From: the human T2T-CHM13v2.0 reference genome, Homo sapiens
Direction: 5' to 3' (one strand)
DNA length: 64,000 nucleotides
Assembly: GCF_009914755.1 (NCBI RefSeq)
Contig: NC_060942.1
In this document: positions 24,275 through 38,204 of the stretch, one piece after another
Position numbering within the stretch: position 1 is the first letter of the stretch
Layout: every line of letters begins with the position of its first letter
The notes under the pieces: model-generated
The model's database searches: none
What the model was told of the DNA's origin: nothing
Seen by the model: the letters and a program-made list of their open reading frames with translations, nothing else
Program-made: the position numbers and the translations under genes

Positions 24275-26309
24275 CATTCTCAGAAACTAGTTTCTGATGT
24301 GTGTCCTCAACTAACACAGTTGTACATTTCTTTAGACAGAACAGTTTTGAAACACTCTTTTTGTGGAATCTGCAAGTGGATATTGGGGTAGATTTGAGGA
24401 TTTCGTTGGAAACGGGATTACATATAAAAAGCAGTCAGCAACATTCTCAGAAAGTTCTTTGTGATGATTGCATTCAAGTCACAGAATTGAACATTCCCTT
24501 TCACAGAGCAGGTTTGAAACACTCTTTTTGTAGTGTGTGTAAGTGGACATTTGGAGCGCTTTCCGGCCTAAGGTGAAAAAGGACATATCTTACCATAAAA
24601 ACCAGACAGAAGCATTCTCAGAAACTTACTCGTGATGTGTGTCCTCAACTAAAGGAGTAGAACCTTTCTATTCATAGAGAAGTTTTGAAACGCTCTTTTT
24701 GTGGAATCTCCAAGTGGATATTTGGCTAGTTTTGAGGATTTCGTTGGAAGCGGGAATTCATACAAATTGCAGACTGCAGCGTTCTGAGAAACATCGTTGT
24801 GATGTTTGTATTCAGGACACAGAGTTGAACATTCCCTATCATAGAGCAGGTTTGAATCACTCCTTTTGTAGTATCTGGAAGTGGACATTTGGAGCGCTTT
24901 CCGTCCTATGTTGGAAAAGGAAATATCTTCCCATAACAACTAGACAGAAGCATTCTCAGAAACTTATTTGAGATGTGTGTACTCAACTAAGAGAATTGAA
25001 CCACCGTTTTGAAGGAGCAGTTTTGAAACACTCTTTTTCTGGAATCTGCAAGTGGATATTTGGCTAGCTTTGGGGATTTCGCTGGAAGCGGGAATACATA
25101 TAAAAAGCACACAGCAGCGTTCTGAGAAACTGCTTTCTGATGTTTGCATTCAAGTCAAAAGTTGAACACTCCCTTTCATAGAGCAGTCTTGAAACACCCC
25201 TTTTGTAGTATCTGGAACTGGACATTTGGAGCGCTTTCAGGGCTAAGGTGAAAAAGGAAATATCTTCCCATAAAAACTGGACAGAAGCATTCTCAGAAAC
25301 TTGTTTATGCTGTATCTACTCTACTAACAAAGTTGAACCTTTCTTTTGATAGAGCAGTTTTGAAATGCTCTTTTTGTGGAATCTGCAAGTGGATATTTGG
25401 CTAGTTTTGAGGATTTCGTTGGAAGCTGGAATTCATAAAAATTGCAGACTGCAGCGTTCTGAGAAACATCTTTGTGATGTTTGTATTCAGGACACAGAGT
25501 GGAACATTCCCTATCATAGAGCAGGTTGGAATCACTCCTTTTGCAGTATCTGGAAGTGGACATTTGGAGCGCTTTCAGGCCTATTTTGGAAAGGGAAATA
25601 TCTTCCCGTAACAACTAGGCAGAAGCATTCTCAGAAACTTATTTGAGATGTGTGTACTCAACTAAGAGAATTGAACCACCGTTTTGAAGGAGCAGTTTTG
25701 AAACACTCTTTTTCTGGAATCTGCTAGAGGATATTTGCCTAGCTTTGAGGATTTCGTTGGAAACGGGATTGTCTTCAGATCAAATCCAGACAGAAGCATT
25801 CTCAGTAACTTCTTTGGGATGTTTGCATTCAAGTCACAGAGTAGAACATTCCCTTTGGTAGAGCAGGTTTGAAACACTCTTTTTGTAGTATCTGGAAGTG
25901 GACATTTGGAGCGCTTTCAGGCCCATGTTGGAAAGGGATATATCTTCCCGTAACAACTAGGCAGAAGCATTCTCAGAAACTTATTTGAGATGTGTGTACT
26001 CAACGAAGAGAATTGAACCACCGTTTTGAAGGAGCAGTTTTGAAACCCTCTTTTTCTGGAATCTGCAAGAGTATATTTGCCTAGCCTTGAGGATTTCGTT
26101 GGAAACGGGATTGTCTTCAGATAAAATCTAGACAGAAGCATTCTCAGAAACTTCTTTGGGATGTTTGCATTCAAGTCACAGAGTAGAACATTCCCTTTGG
26201 TAGAGCAGGTTTGAAACACTCTTTTTTTAGTATATGGAAGTGGACATTTGGAGCGCTTTCAGGCCTACGTTGGAAAAGGAAATATCTTCCCATAACAACT
26301 AGACAGAAG
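24275..26309 (+). repeat. 12-mer HOR variant (2035 bp), A-B-E-F-G-D
   Basis: Landmark spacing 24176 to 26211 = 2035; E+F block at 24951-25625 followed by two consecutive CTTATTTGAGATG dimers. Confidence 0.92.
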
Positions 26310-29300
26310 CATTCTCAGAAACTAGTTTCTGATGTGTGTCCTCAACTAACACAGTTGTACATTTCTTTAGACAGAACAGTTTTGAAACACTCTTTTTGTG
26401 GAATCTGCAAGTGGCTATTTGGCTAGATTTGAGGATTTCGTTGGAAACGGGATTACATATAAAAAGCAGACAGCAGCATTCTCAGAAAGTTCTTTGTGAT
26501 GATTGCATTCAAGTCACAGAATTGAACATTCCCTTTCACACAGCAGGTTTGAAACACTCTTTTTGTAGTGTGTGTAAGTGGACATTTGGATCGCTTTCCG
26601 GCCTAAGGTGAAAAAGGACATATCTTCCCATAAAAACTAGACAGAAGCATTCTCAGAAACTTACTCGTGATGTGTTTCCTCAACTAAAGGAGTAGAACCT
26701 TTCTATTCATAGAGAAGTTTTGAAATGCTCTTTTTGTGGAATCTCCAAGTGGATATTTGGCTAGTTTTGAGGATTTCGTTGGAAGCGGGAATTCATACAA
26801 ATTGCAGACTGCAGCGTTCTGAGAAACATCTTTGTGATGTTTGTATTCAGGACACAGAGATGAACATTCCCTATCATAGAGCAGGTTGGAATCACTCCTT
26901 TTGTAGTATCTGGAAGTGGACATTTGGAGCGCTTTCAGGCCTATGTTGAAAAAGGAAATATCTTCCCATAACAACTAGACACAAGCATTCTCAGAAACTT
27001 GTTTGTGATGTGTGCCCTCTACTGACAGAGTTGAACCTTTCTTTTCATAGAGCAGTTTTGAAACACTCTTTTTGTAGAATCCGCAAGAGGATATTTGCAT
27101 AGCTTTGAGGATTTCGTGGGAAACGGGATTGTCTTCAGGTAAAATCTAGACAGAAGCATTCTCAGAAACTTCTTTGGGATGTTTGCATTCAAGTCACAGA
27201 GTAGAACATTCCCTTTGGTAGAGCAGGTTTGAAACACTCTTTTTGTACTATCTGGAAGTGGACATTTGGAGCGCTTTCAGGCCCATGTTGGAAAGGGAAA
27301 TATCTTGCCGTAACAACTAGGCAGAAGCATTCTCAGAAACTTATTTGAGATGTGTGGACTCAACGAAGAGAATTGAACCACCGTTTTGAAGGAGCAGTTT
27401 TGAAACACTCTTTTTCTGGAATCTGCAAGAGTATATTTGCCTAGCCTTGAGGATTTCGTTGGAAACGGGATTGTCTTCAGATAAAATCTAGACAGAAGCA
27501 TTCTCAGAAACTTCTTTGGGATGTTTGCATTCAAGTCACAGAGTAGAACATTCCCTTTGGTAGAGCAGGTTTGAAACACTCTTTTTTTAGTATATGGAAG
27601 TGGACATTTGGAGCGCTTTCAGGCCTACGTTGGAAAAGGAAATATCTTCCCATAACAACTAGACAGAAGCATTCTCAGAAACTAGTTTCTGATGGGTGTC
27701 CTCAACTAACACAGTTGTACATTTCTTTAGACAGAACAGTTTTGAAACACTCTTTTTGTGGAATCTGCAAGTGGATACTGGGCTAGATTTGAGTATTTCG
27801 TTGGAAACGGGATTACATATAAAAAGCAGACAGCAGCATTCTCAGAAAGTTCTTTGTGATGAATGCATTCAAGTCAGAAAATTGAACATTCCCTTTCACA
27901 GAGCAGGTTTGAAACACTCTTTTTGTAGTGTGTGTAAGTGGACATTTGGAGCGCTTTCCGGCCTAAGGTGAAAAAGGACATATCTTCCCATAAAAACTAG
28001 ACAGAAGCATTCTCAGAAACTTACTCGTGATGTGTTTCCTCAACTAAAGGAGTAGAACCTTTCTATTCATAGAGAAGTTTTGAAATGCTCTTTTTGTGGA
28101 ATCTACAAGTGGATATTTGGCTAGTTTTGAGGATTTCGTTGAAAGCGGGAATTCATACAAATTGCAGACTGCAGCGTTCCGAGAAACATCTTTGTGATGT
28201 TTGTATTCAGGACACAGAGATGAACATTCCCTATCATAGAGCAGGTTGGAATCACTCCTTTTGTAGTATCTGGAAGTGGACATTTGGAGCGCTTTCAGGC
28301 CTATGTTGAAAAAGGAAATATCTTCCCATAACAACTAGACACAAGCATTCTCAGAAACTTGTTTGTGATGTGTGCCCTCTACTGACAGAGTTGAACCTTT
28401 CTTTTCATAGAGCAGTTTTGAAACACTCTTTTTGTAGAATCCGCAAGAGGATATTTGCATAGCTTTGAGGATTTCGTGGGAAATGGGATTGTCTTCAGGT
28501 AAAATCTAGACAGAAGCATTCTCAGAAACTTCTTTGGGATGTTTGCATTCAAGTCACAGAGTAGAACATTCCCTTTGGTAGAGCAGGTTTGAAACACTCT
28601 TTTTGTAGTATCTGGAAGTGGACATTTGGAGCGCTTTCAGGCCCATGTTGGAAAGGGAAATATCTTCCCGTAACAACTAGGCAGAAGCATTCTCAGAAAC
28701 TTATTTGAGATGTGTGTACTCAACTAAGAGAATTGAACCACCGTTTTGAAGGAGCAGTTTTGAAACACTCTTTTTCTGGAATCTGCAAGAGTATATTTGC
28801 CTAGCCTTGAGGATTTCGTTGGAAACGGGATTGTCTTCAGATAAAATCTAGACAGAAGCATTCTCAGAAACTTCTTTGGGATGTTTGCATTCAAGTCACA
28901 GAGTAGAACATTCCCTTTGGTAGAGCAGGTTTGAAACACTCTTTTTTTAGTATATGCAAGTGGACATTTGGAGCGCTTTCAGGCCTACGTTGGAAAAGGA
29001 AATATCTTCCCATAATAACTAGACAGAAGCATTCTCAGAAACTAGTTTCTGATGTGTGTCCTCAACTAACACAGTTGTACATTTCTTTAGACAGAACAGT
29101 TTTGAAACACTCTTTTTGTGGAATCTGCAAGTGGATATTGGGCTAGATTTGAGGATTTCGTTGGAAACGGGATTACATATAAAAAGCAGTAAGCAGCATT
29201 CTCAGAAAGTTCTTTGTGATGATTGCATTCAAGTCACAGAATTGAACATTCCCTTTCACAGAGCAGGTTTGAAACACGCTTTTTGTAGTGTGTGTAAGTG

Positions 29301-31749
29301 GACATTTGGAGCGCTTTCCGGCCTAAGGTGAAAAAGGAAATATCTTCCCATAAAAACTAGACAGAAGCATTCTCAGAAACTTACTCGTGATGTGTGTCCT
29401 CAACTAAAGGAGTAGAACCTTTCTATTCATAGAGAAGTTTTGAAACGCTCTTTTTGTGGAATCTCCAAGTGGATATTTGGCTAGTGTTGAGGATTTCCTT
29501 GGAAGCGGGAATTCATACAAATTGCAGACTGCAGCGTTCTGAGAAACATCTTTGTGATGTTTGTATTCAGGACACAGAGATGAACATTCCCTATCATAGA
29601 GCAGGTTGGAATCACTCCTTTTGTAGTATCTGGAAGTGGACATTTGGAGCGCTTTCAGGCCTATGTTGAAAAAGGAAATATCTTCCCATAACAACTAGTC
29701 ACAAGCATTCTCAGAAACTTGTTTGTGATGTGTGCCCTCTACTGACAGAGTTGAACCTTTCTTTTCATAGAGCAGTTTTGAAACACTCTTTTTGTAGAAT
29801 CCGCAAGAGGATATTTGCATAGCTTTGAGGATTTCGTGGGAAACGGGATTGTCTTCAGGTAAAATCTAGACAGAAGCATTCTCAGAAACTTCTTTGGGAT
29901 GTTTGCATTCAAGTCACAGAGTAGAACATTCCCTTTGGTAGAGCAGGTTTGAAACACTCTTTTTGTAGTATCTGGAAGTGGACATTTGGAGCGCTTTCAG
30001 GCCCATGTTGGAAAGGGAAATATCTTGCCGTAACAACTAGGCAGAAGCATTCTCAGAAACTTATTTGAGATGTGTGGACTCAACGAAGAGAATTGAACCA
30101 CCGTTTTGAAGGAGCAGTTTTGAAACACTCTTTTTCTGGAATCTGCAAGAGAATATTTGCCTAGACTTGAGGATTTCGTTGGAAACGGGATTGTCTTCAG
30201 ATAAAATCTAGACAGAAGCATTCTCAGAAACTTCTTTGGGATGTTTGCATTCAAGTCACAGAGTAGAACATTCCCTTTGGTAGAGCAGGTTTGAAACACT
30301 CTTTTTTTAGTATATGGAAGTGGACATTTGGAGCGCTTTCAGGCCTACGTTGGAAAAGGAAATATCTTCCCATAACAACTAGACAGAAGCATTCTCAGAA
30401 ACTAGTTTCTGATGTGTGTCCTCAACTAACAGAGTTGAACTTTTCTTTAGACAGAACAGTTTTGAAACACTCTTTTTGTGGAATCTGCAAGTGGATATTG
30501 GGCTAGATTTGAGGATTTCGTTGGAAACGGGATTACATATAAAAAGCAGACAGCAGCATTCTCAGAAAGTTCTTTGTGATGATTGCATTCAAGTCACAGA
30601 ATTGAACATTCCCTTTCACAGAGCAGGTTTGAAACACTCTTTTTGTAGTGTGTGTAAGTGGACATTTGGAGCGCTTTCCGGCCTAAGGTGAAAAAGGACA
30701 TATCTTCCCATAAGAACTAGACAGAAGCATTCTCAGAAACTTACTCGTGATGTGTGTCCTCAACTAAAGGAGTAGAACCTTTCTATTCATAGAGAAGTTT
30801 TGAAACGCTCTTTTTGTGGAATCTCCAAGTGGATATTTGGCTAGTTTTGAGGATTTCGTTGGAAGCGGGAATTCATACAAATTGCAGACTGCAGCATTCT
30901 GAGAAACATCTTTGTGATGTTTGTATTCAGGACACAGAGATGAACATTCCCTATCATAGAGCAGGTTGGAATCACTCCTTTTGTAGTATGTGGAAGAGGA
31001 CATTTGGAGCGCTTTCAGGCCTATGTTGAAAAAGGAAATATCTTCCCATAACAACTAGACACAAGCATTCTCAGAAAGTTGTTTGTGATGTGTGCCCTCT
31101 ACTGACAGAGTTGAACCTTTCTTTTCATAGAGCAGTTTTGAAACACTCTTTTTGTAGAATCCGCAAGAGGATATTTGCATCGCTTTGAGGATTTCGTGGG
31201 AAACGGGATTGTCTTCAGGTAAAATCTAGACAGAAGCATTCTCAGAAACTTCTTTGGGATGTTTGCATTCAAGTCACAGAGTAGAACATTCCCTTTGGTA
31301 GAGCAGGTTTGAAACACTCTTTTTGTAGTATCTGGAAGTGGACATTTGGAGCGCTTTCAGGCCCATGTTGGAAAGGGAAATATCTTCCCGTAACAACTTG
31401 GCAGAAGCATTCTCAGAAACTTATTTGAGATGTGTGTACTCAACTAAGAGAATTGAACCACCGTTTTGAAGGAGCAGTTTTGAAACACTCTTTTTCTGGA
31501 ATCTGCAAGAGTATATTTGCCTAGCCTTGAGGATTTCGTTGGAAACGGGATTGTCTTCAGATAAAATCTAGACAGAAGCATTCTCAGAAACTTCTTTGGG
31601 ATGTTTGCATTCAAGTCACAGAGTAGAACATTCCCTTTGGTAGAGCAGGTTTGAAACACTCTTTTTTTAGTATATGGAAGTGGACATTTGGAGCGCTTTC
31701 AGGCCTACGTTGGAAAAGGAAATATCTTCCCATAACAACTAGACAGAAG

Positions 31750-32767
31750 CATTCTCAGAAACTAGTTTCTGATATGTGTCCTCAACTAACACAGTTGAAC
31801 TTTTCTTTAGACAGAACAGTTTTGAAACACTCTTTTTGTGGAATCTGCAAGTGGTTATTGGGCTACATTTGAGGATTTCGTTGGAAACGGGATTACATAT
31901 AAAAAACAGTCAGCAGCATTCTCAGAAAGTTCTTTGTGATGATTGCATTCAAGTCACAGAATTGAACATTCCCTTTCACAGAGCAGGTTTGAAACACTCT
32001 TTTTGTAGTGTGTGTAAGTGGACATTTGGAGCGCTTTCCGGCCTAAGGTGAAAAAGGACATATCTTCCCATAAAAACTAGACAGAAGCATTCTCAGAAAC
32101 TTACTCGTGATGTGTGTCCTCAACTAAAAGAGTAGAACCTTTCTATTCATAGAGAAGTTTTGAAACGCTCTTTTTGTGGAATCTCCAAGTGGATATTTGG
32201 CTAGTTTTGAGGATTTCGTTGGAAGCGGGAATTCATACAATTTGCAGACTGCAGCGTTCTGAGAAACATCTTTGTGATGTTTGTATTCAAGACACAGAGA
32301 TGAACATTCCCTATCATAGAGCATGTTGGAATCACTCCTTTTGTAGTATCTGGAAGTGGACATTTGGAGCGCTTTCAGGCCTATGTTGAAAAAGGAAATA
32401 TCTTCCCATAACAACTAGACACAAGCATTCTCAGAAACTTGTTTGTGATGTGTGCCCTCTACTGACAGAGTTGAACCTTTCTTTTCATAGAGCAGTTTTG
32501 AGACACTCTTTTTGTAGAATCCGCAAGAGGATATTTGCATAGCTTTGAGGATTTCGTGGGAAACGGGATTGTCTTCAGGTAAAATCTAGACAGAAGCATT
32601 CTCAGAAACTTCTTTGGGATGTTTGCATTCAAGTCACAGAGTAGAACATTCCCTTTGGTAGAGCAGGTTTGAAACACTCTTTTTTTAGTATATGGAAGTG
32701 GACATTTGGAGCGCTTTCAGGCCTACGTTGGAAAAGGAAATATCTTCCCATAACAACTAGACAGAAG
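31750..32767 (+). repeat. 6-mer HOR variant (1018 bp), A-B-C/D hybrid
   Basis: Spacing 31651 to 32669 = 1018; C-type CAGGTAAAAT runs directly into D-type TTTTTTAGTATATGG. Confidence 0.92.
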
Positions 32768-35700
32768 CATTCTCAGAAACTAGTTTCTGATGTGTGTCCT
32801 CAACTAACACAGTTGTACATTTCTTTAGACAGAACAGTTTTGAAACACTCTTTTTGTGGAATCTGCAAGTGGATATTGGGCTAGATTTGAGGATTTCGTT
32901 GGAAACGGGATTACATATAAATAGCAGTCAGCAGCATTCTCAGAAAGTTCTTTGTGATGATTGTATTCAAGTCACAGAATTGAACATTCCCTTTCATAGA
33001 GCAGGTTTGAAACACTCTTTTTGTAGTGTGTGTAAGTGGACATTTGGAGCGCTTTCCGGCCTAAGGTGAAAAAGGACATATCTTCCCATAAAAACTAGAG
33101 AGAAGCATTCTCAGAAACTTACTCGTGATGTGTGTCCTCAACTAAAGGAGTAGAACCTTTCTATTCATAGAGAAGTTTTGAAACGCTCTTTTTGTGAAAT
33201 CTCCAAGTGGATATTTGGCTAGTTTTGAGGATTTCGTTGGAAGCGGGAATTCATCCAAATTGCAGACTGCAGCGTTCTGAGAAACAACTTTGTGATGTTT
33301 GTATTCAAGACACAGAGATGAACATTCCCTATCATAGAGCATGTTGGAATCACTCCTTTTGTAGTATCTGGAAGTGGACATTTGGAGCTTTTTCAGGCCT
33401 ATGTTGAAAAAGGAAATATCTTCCCATAACAACTAGACACAAGCATTCTCAGAAACTTGTTTGTGATGTGTGCCCTCTACTGACAGAGTTGAACCTTTCT
33501 TTTCATAGAGCAGTTTTGAAACACTCTTTTATAGAATCCGCAAGAGGATATTTGCATAGCTTTGAGGATTTCGTGGGAAACGGTTTTGTCTTCAGGTAAA
33601 ATCTAGACAGAAGCATTCTCAGAAACTTCTTTGAGATGTTTGCATTCAAGTCACAGAGTAGAACATTCCCTTTGGTAGAGCAGGTTTGAAACACTCTTTT
33701 TGTAGTATCTGGAAGTGGACATTTGGAGCGCTATCAGGCCCATGTTGGAAAGGGAAATATCTTCCCGTAACAACTAGGCAGAAGCATTCTCAGAAACTTT
33801 TTTGAGATGTGTGTACTCAACTAAGAGAATTGAACCACCGTTTTGAAGGAGCAGTTTTGAAACCCTCTTTTTCTGGAATCTGCAAGAGTATATTTGCCTA
33901 GCCTTGAGGATTTCGTTGGAAACGGGATTGTCTTCAGATAAAATCTAGACAGAAGCATTCTCAGAAACTTCTTTGGGATGTTTGCATTCAAGTCACAGAG
34001 TAGAACATTCCCTTTGGTAGAGCAGGTTTGAAACACTCTTTTTTTAGCATATGGAAGTGGACATTTGGAGCGCTTTCAGGCCTACGTTGGAAAAGGAAAT
34101 ATCTTCCCATAACAACTAGACAGAAGCATTCTCAGAAACTGGTTTCTGATGTGTGTCCTCAACTAACACAGTTGTACATTTCTTTAGACAGAACAGTTTT
34201 GAAACACTCTTTTTGTGGAATCTGCAAGTGGATATTGGGCTAGATTTGAGGATTTCGTTGGAAACGGGATTACATATAAAAAGCAGACAGCAGCATTCTC
34301 AGAAAGTTCTTTGTGATGATTGCATTCAAGTCACAGAATTGAACATTCCCTTTCACAGAGCAGGTTTGAAACACTCTTTTTGTAGTGTGTGTAAGTGGAC
34401 ATTTGGAGCGCTTTCCGGCCTAAGGTGAAAAAGGAAATATCTTCCCATAAAAACTAGACAGAAGCATTCTCAGAAACTTACTCGTGATGTGTGTCCTCAA
34501 CTAAAGGAGTAGAACCTTTCTATTCATAGAGAAGTTTTGAAACCCTCTTTTTGTGGAATCTCCAAGTGGATATTTTGCTAGTTTTGAAGATTTCGTTGGA
34601 AGCGGGAATTCATACAAATTGCAGACTGCAGCGTTCTGAGAAACATCTTTGTGATGTTTGTATTCGGGACACAGAGATGAACATTCCCTATCATAGAGCA
34701 GGTTGGAATCACTCCTTTTGTAGTATCTGGAAGTGGACATTTGGAGCGCTTTCAGGCCTATGTTGAAAAAGGAAATATCTTCCCATAACAACTAGACACA
34801 AGCATTCTCAGAAACTTGTTTGTGATGTGTGCCCTCTACTGACAGAGTGGAACCTTTCTTTTCATAGAGCAGTTTTGAAACACTCTTTTTGTAGAATCCG
34901 CAAGAGGATATTTGCATAGCTTTGAGGATTTCGTGGGAAACGGGATTGTCTTCAGGTAAAATCTAGACAGAAGCATTCTCAGAAACTTCTTTGGGATGTT
35001 TGCATTCAAGTCACAGAGTAGAACATTCCCTTTGGTAGAGCAGGTTTGAAACACTCTTTTTGTAGTATCTGGAAGTGGACATTTGGAGCGCTTTCAGGCC
35101 CATGTTGGAAAGGGAAATATCTTCCCGTAACAACTAGGCAGAAGCATTCTCAGAAACTTATTTGAGATGTGTGTACTCAACTAAGAGAACTGAACCACCG
35201 TTTTGAAGGAGCAGTTTTGAAACCCTCATTTCTGGAATCTGCAAGAGTATATTTGCCTAGCCTTGAGGATTTCGTTGGAAACGGGATTGTCTTCAGATCA
35301 AATCTAGACAGAAGCATTCTCAGAAACTTCTTTGGGATGTTTGCATTCAAGTCACAGAGTAGAACATTCCCTTTGGTAGAGCAGGTTTGAAACACTCTTT
35401 TTTTAGTATATGGAAGTGGACATTTGGAGCGCTTTCAGGCCTACGTTGGAAAAGGAAATATCTTCCCATAACAACTAGACAGAAGCATTCTCAGAAACTA
35501 GTTTGTGATGTGTGTCCTCAACTAACACAGTTGTACATTTCTTTAGACAGAACAGTTTTGAAACACTCTTTTTGTGGAATCTGCAAGTGGATATTGGGCT
35601 AGATTTGAGGATTTCGTTGGAAACGGGATTACATATAAAAAGCAGTCAGCAGCATTCTCAGAAAGTTCTTTGTGATGATTGCATTCAAGTCACAGAATTG

Positions 35701-38204
35701 AACATTCCCTTTCACAGAGCAGGTTTGAAACACTCTTTTTGTAGTGTGTGTAAGTGGACATTTGGAGCGCTTTCCGGCCTAAGGTGAAAAAGGACATATC
35801 TTCCCATAAAAACTAGACAGAAGCATTCTCAGAAACTTACTCGTGATGTGTGTCCTCAACTAAAGGAGTAGAACCTTTCTATTCATAGAGAAGTTTTGAA
35901 ACGCTCTTTTTGTGGAATCTCCAAGTGGATATTTGGCTAGTGTTGAGGATTTCGTTGGAAGCGGGAATTCATACAAATTGCAGACTGCAGCGTTCTGAGA
36001 AACATCTTTGTGATGTTTGTATTCAGGACACAGAGATGAACATTCCCTATCATAGAGCAGGTTGGAATCACTCCTTTTGTAGTATCTGGAAGTGGACATT
36101 TGGAGCGCTTTCAGGCCTATGTTGAAAAAGGAAATATCTTCCCATAACAACTAGACACAAACATTCTCAGAAACTTGTTTGTGATGTGTGCCCTCTACTG
36201 ACAGAGTTGAACCTTTCTTTTCATAGAGCAGTTTTGAAACACTCTTTTTGTAGAATCCGCAAGAGGATATTTGCATAGCTTTGAGGATTTCGTGGGAAAC
36301 GGGATTGTCTTCAGGTAAAATCTAGACAGAAGCATTCTCAGAAACTTCTTTGGGATGTTTGCATTCAAGTCACAGAGTAGAACATTCCCTTTGGTAGAGT
36401 AGGTTTGAAACACTCTTTTTGTAGTATCTGGAAGTGGACATTTGGAGCGCTTTCAGGCCCATGTTGGAAAGGGAAATATCTTCCCGTAACAACTAGGCAG
36501 AAGCATTCTCAGAAACTTATTTGAGATGTGTGTACTCAACTAAGAGAATTGAACCACCGTTTTGAAGGAGCAGTTTTGAAACCCTCTTTTTCTGGAATCT
36601 GCAAGAGTATATTTGCCTAGCCTTGAGGATTTCGTTGGAAACGGGATTGTCTTCAGATAAAATCTAGACAGAAGCATTCTCAGAAACTTCTTTGGGATGT
36701 TTGCATTCAAGTCACAGAGTAGAACATTCCCTTTGGTAGAGCAGGTTTGAAACACTCTTTTTTTAGTATATGGAAGTGGACATTTGCAGCGCTTTCAGCC
36801 CACGTTGGAAAAGGAAATATCTTCCCATAACAACTAGACAGAAGCATTCTCAGAAACTAGTTTCTGATGTGTGTCCTCAACTAACACAGTTGTACATTTC
36901 TTTAGACAGAACAGTTTTGAAACACTCTTTTTGTGGAATCTGCAAGTGGATATTGGGCTAGATTTGAGGATTTCGTTGGAAACGGGATTACATATAAAAA
37001 GCAGACAGCAGCATTCTCAGAAAGTTCTTTGTGATGATTGCATTCAAGTCACAGAATTGAACATTCCCTTTCACAGAGCAGGTTTGAAACACTCTTTTTG
37101 TAGTGTGTGTAAGTGGACATTTGGAGCGCTTTCCGGCCTAAGGTGAAAAAAGAAATATCTTCCCATAAAAACTAGACAGAAGCATTCTCAGAAACTTACT
37201 CGTGATGTGTGTCCTCAACTAAAGGAGTAGAACCTTTCTATTCATAGAGAAGTTTTGAAACGCTCTTTTTGTGGAATCTCCAAGTGGATATTTGGCTAGT
37301 TTTGAGGATTTCGTTGGAAGCGGGAATTCATACAAATTGCAGACTGCAGCGTTCTGAGAAACATCTTTGTGATGTTTGTATTCAGGACACAGAGATGAAC
37401 ATTCCCTATCATAGAGCAGGTTGGAATCACTCCTTTTGTAGTATCTGGAAGTGGACATTTGGAGCGCTTTCAGGCCTATGTTGAAAAAGGAAATATCTTC
37501 CCATAACAACTAGACACAAGCATTCTCAGAAACTTGTTTGTGATGTGTGCCCTCTACTGACAGAGTTGAACCTTTCTTTTCATAGAGCAGTTTTGAAACA
37601 CTCTTTTTGTAGAATCCGCAAGAGGATATTTGCATAGCATTGAGGATTTCGTGGGAAACGGGATTGTCTTCAGGTAAAATCTAGACAGAAGCATTCTCAG
37701 AAACTTCTTTGGGATGTTTGCATTCAAGTCACAGAGTAGAACATTCCCTTTGGTAGAGCAGGTTTGAAACACTCTTTTTGTAGTATCTGGAAGTGGACAT
37801 TTGGAGCGCTTTCAGGACCATGTTGGAAAGGGAAATATCTTCCCGTAACAACTAGGCAGAAGCATTCTCAGAAACTTATTTGAGATGTGTGTACTCAACT
37901 AAGAGAACTGAACCACCGTTTTGAAGGAGCAGTTTTGAAACACTCTTTTTCTGGAATCTGCAAGAGAATATTTGCCTAGACTTGAGGATTTCGTTGGAAA
38001 CGGGATTGTCTTCAGATAAAATCTAGACAGAAGCATTCTCAGAAACTTCTTTGGGATGTTTGCATTCAAGTCACAGAGTAGAACATTCCCTTTGGTAGAG
38101 CAGGTTTGAAACACTCTTTTTTTAGTATATGGAAGTGGACATTTGGAGCGCTTTCAGGCCTACGTTGGAAAAGGAAATATCTTCCCATAACAACTAGACA
38201 GAAG

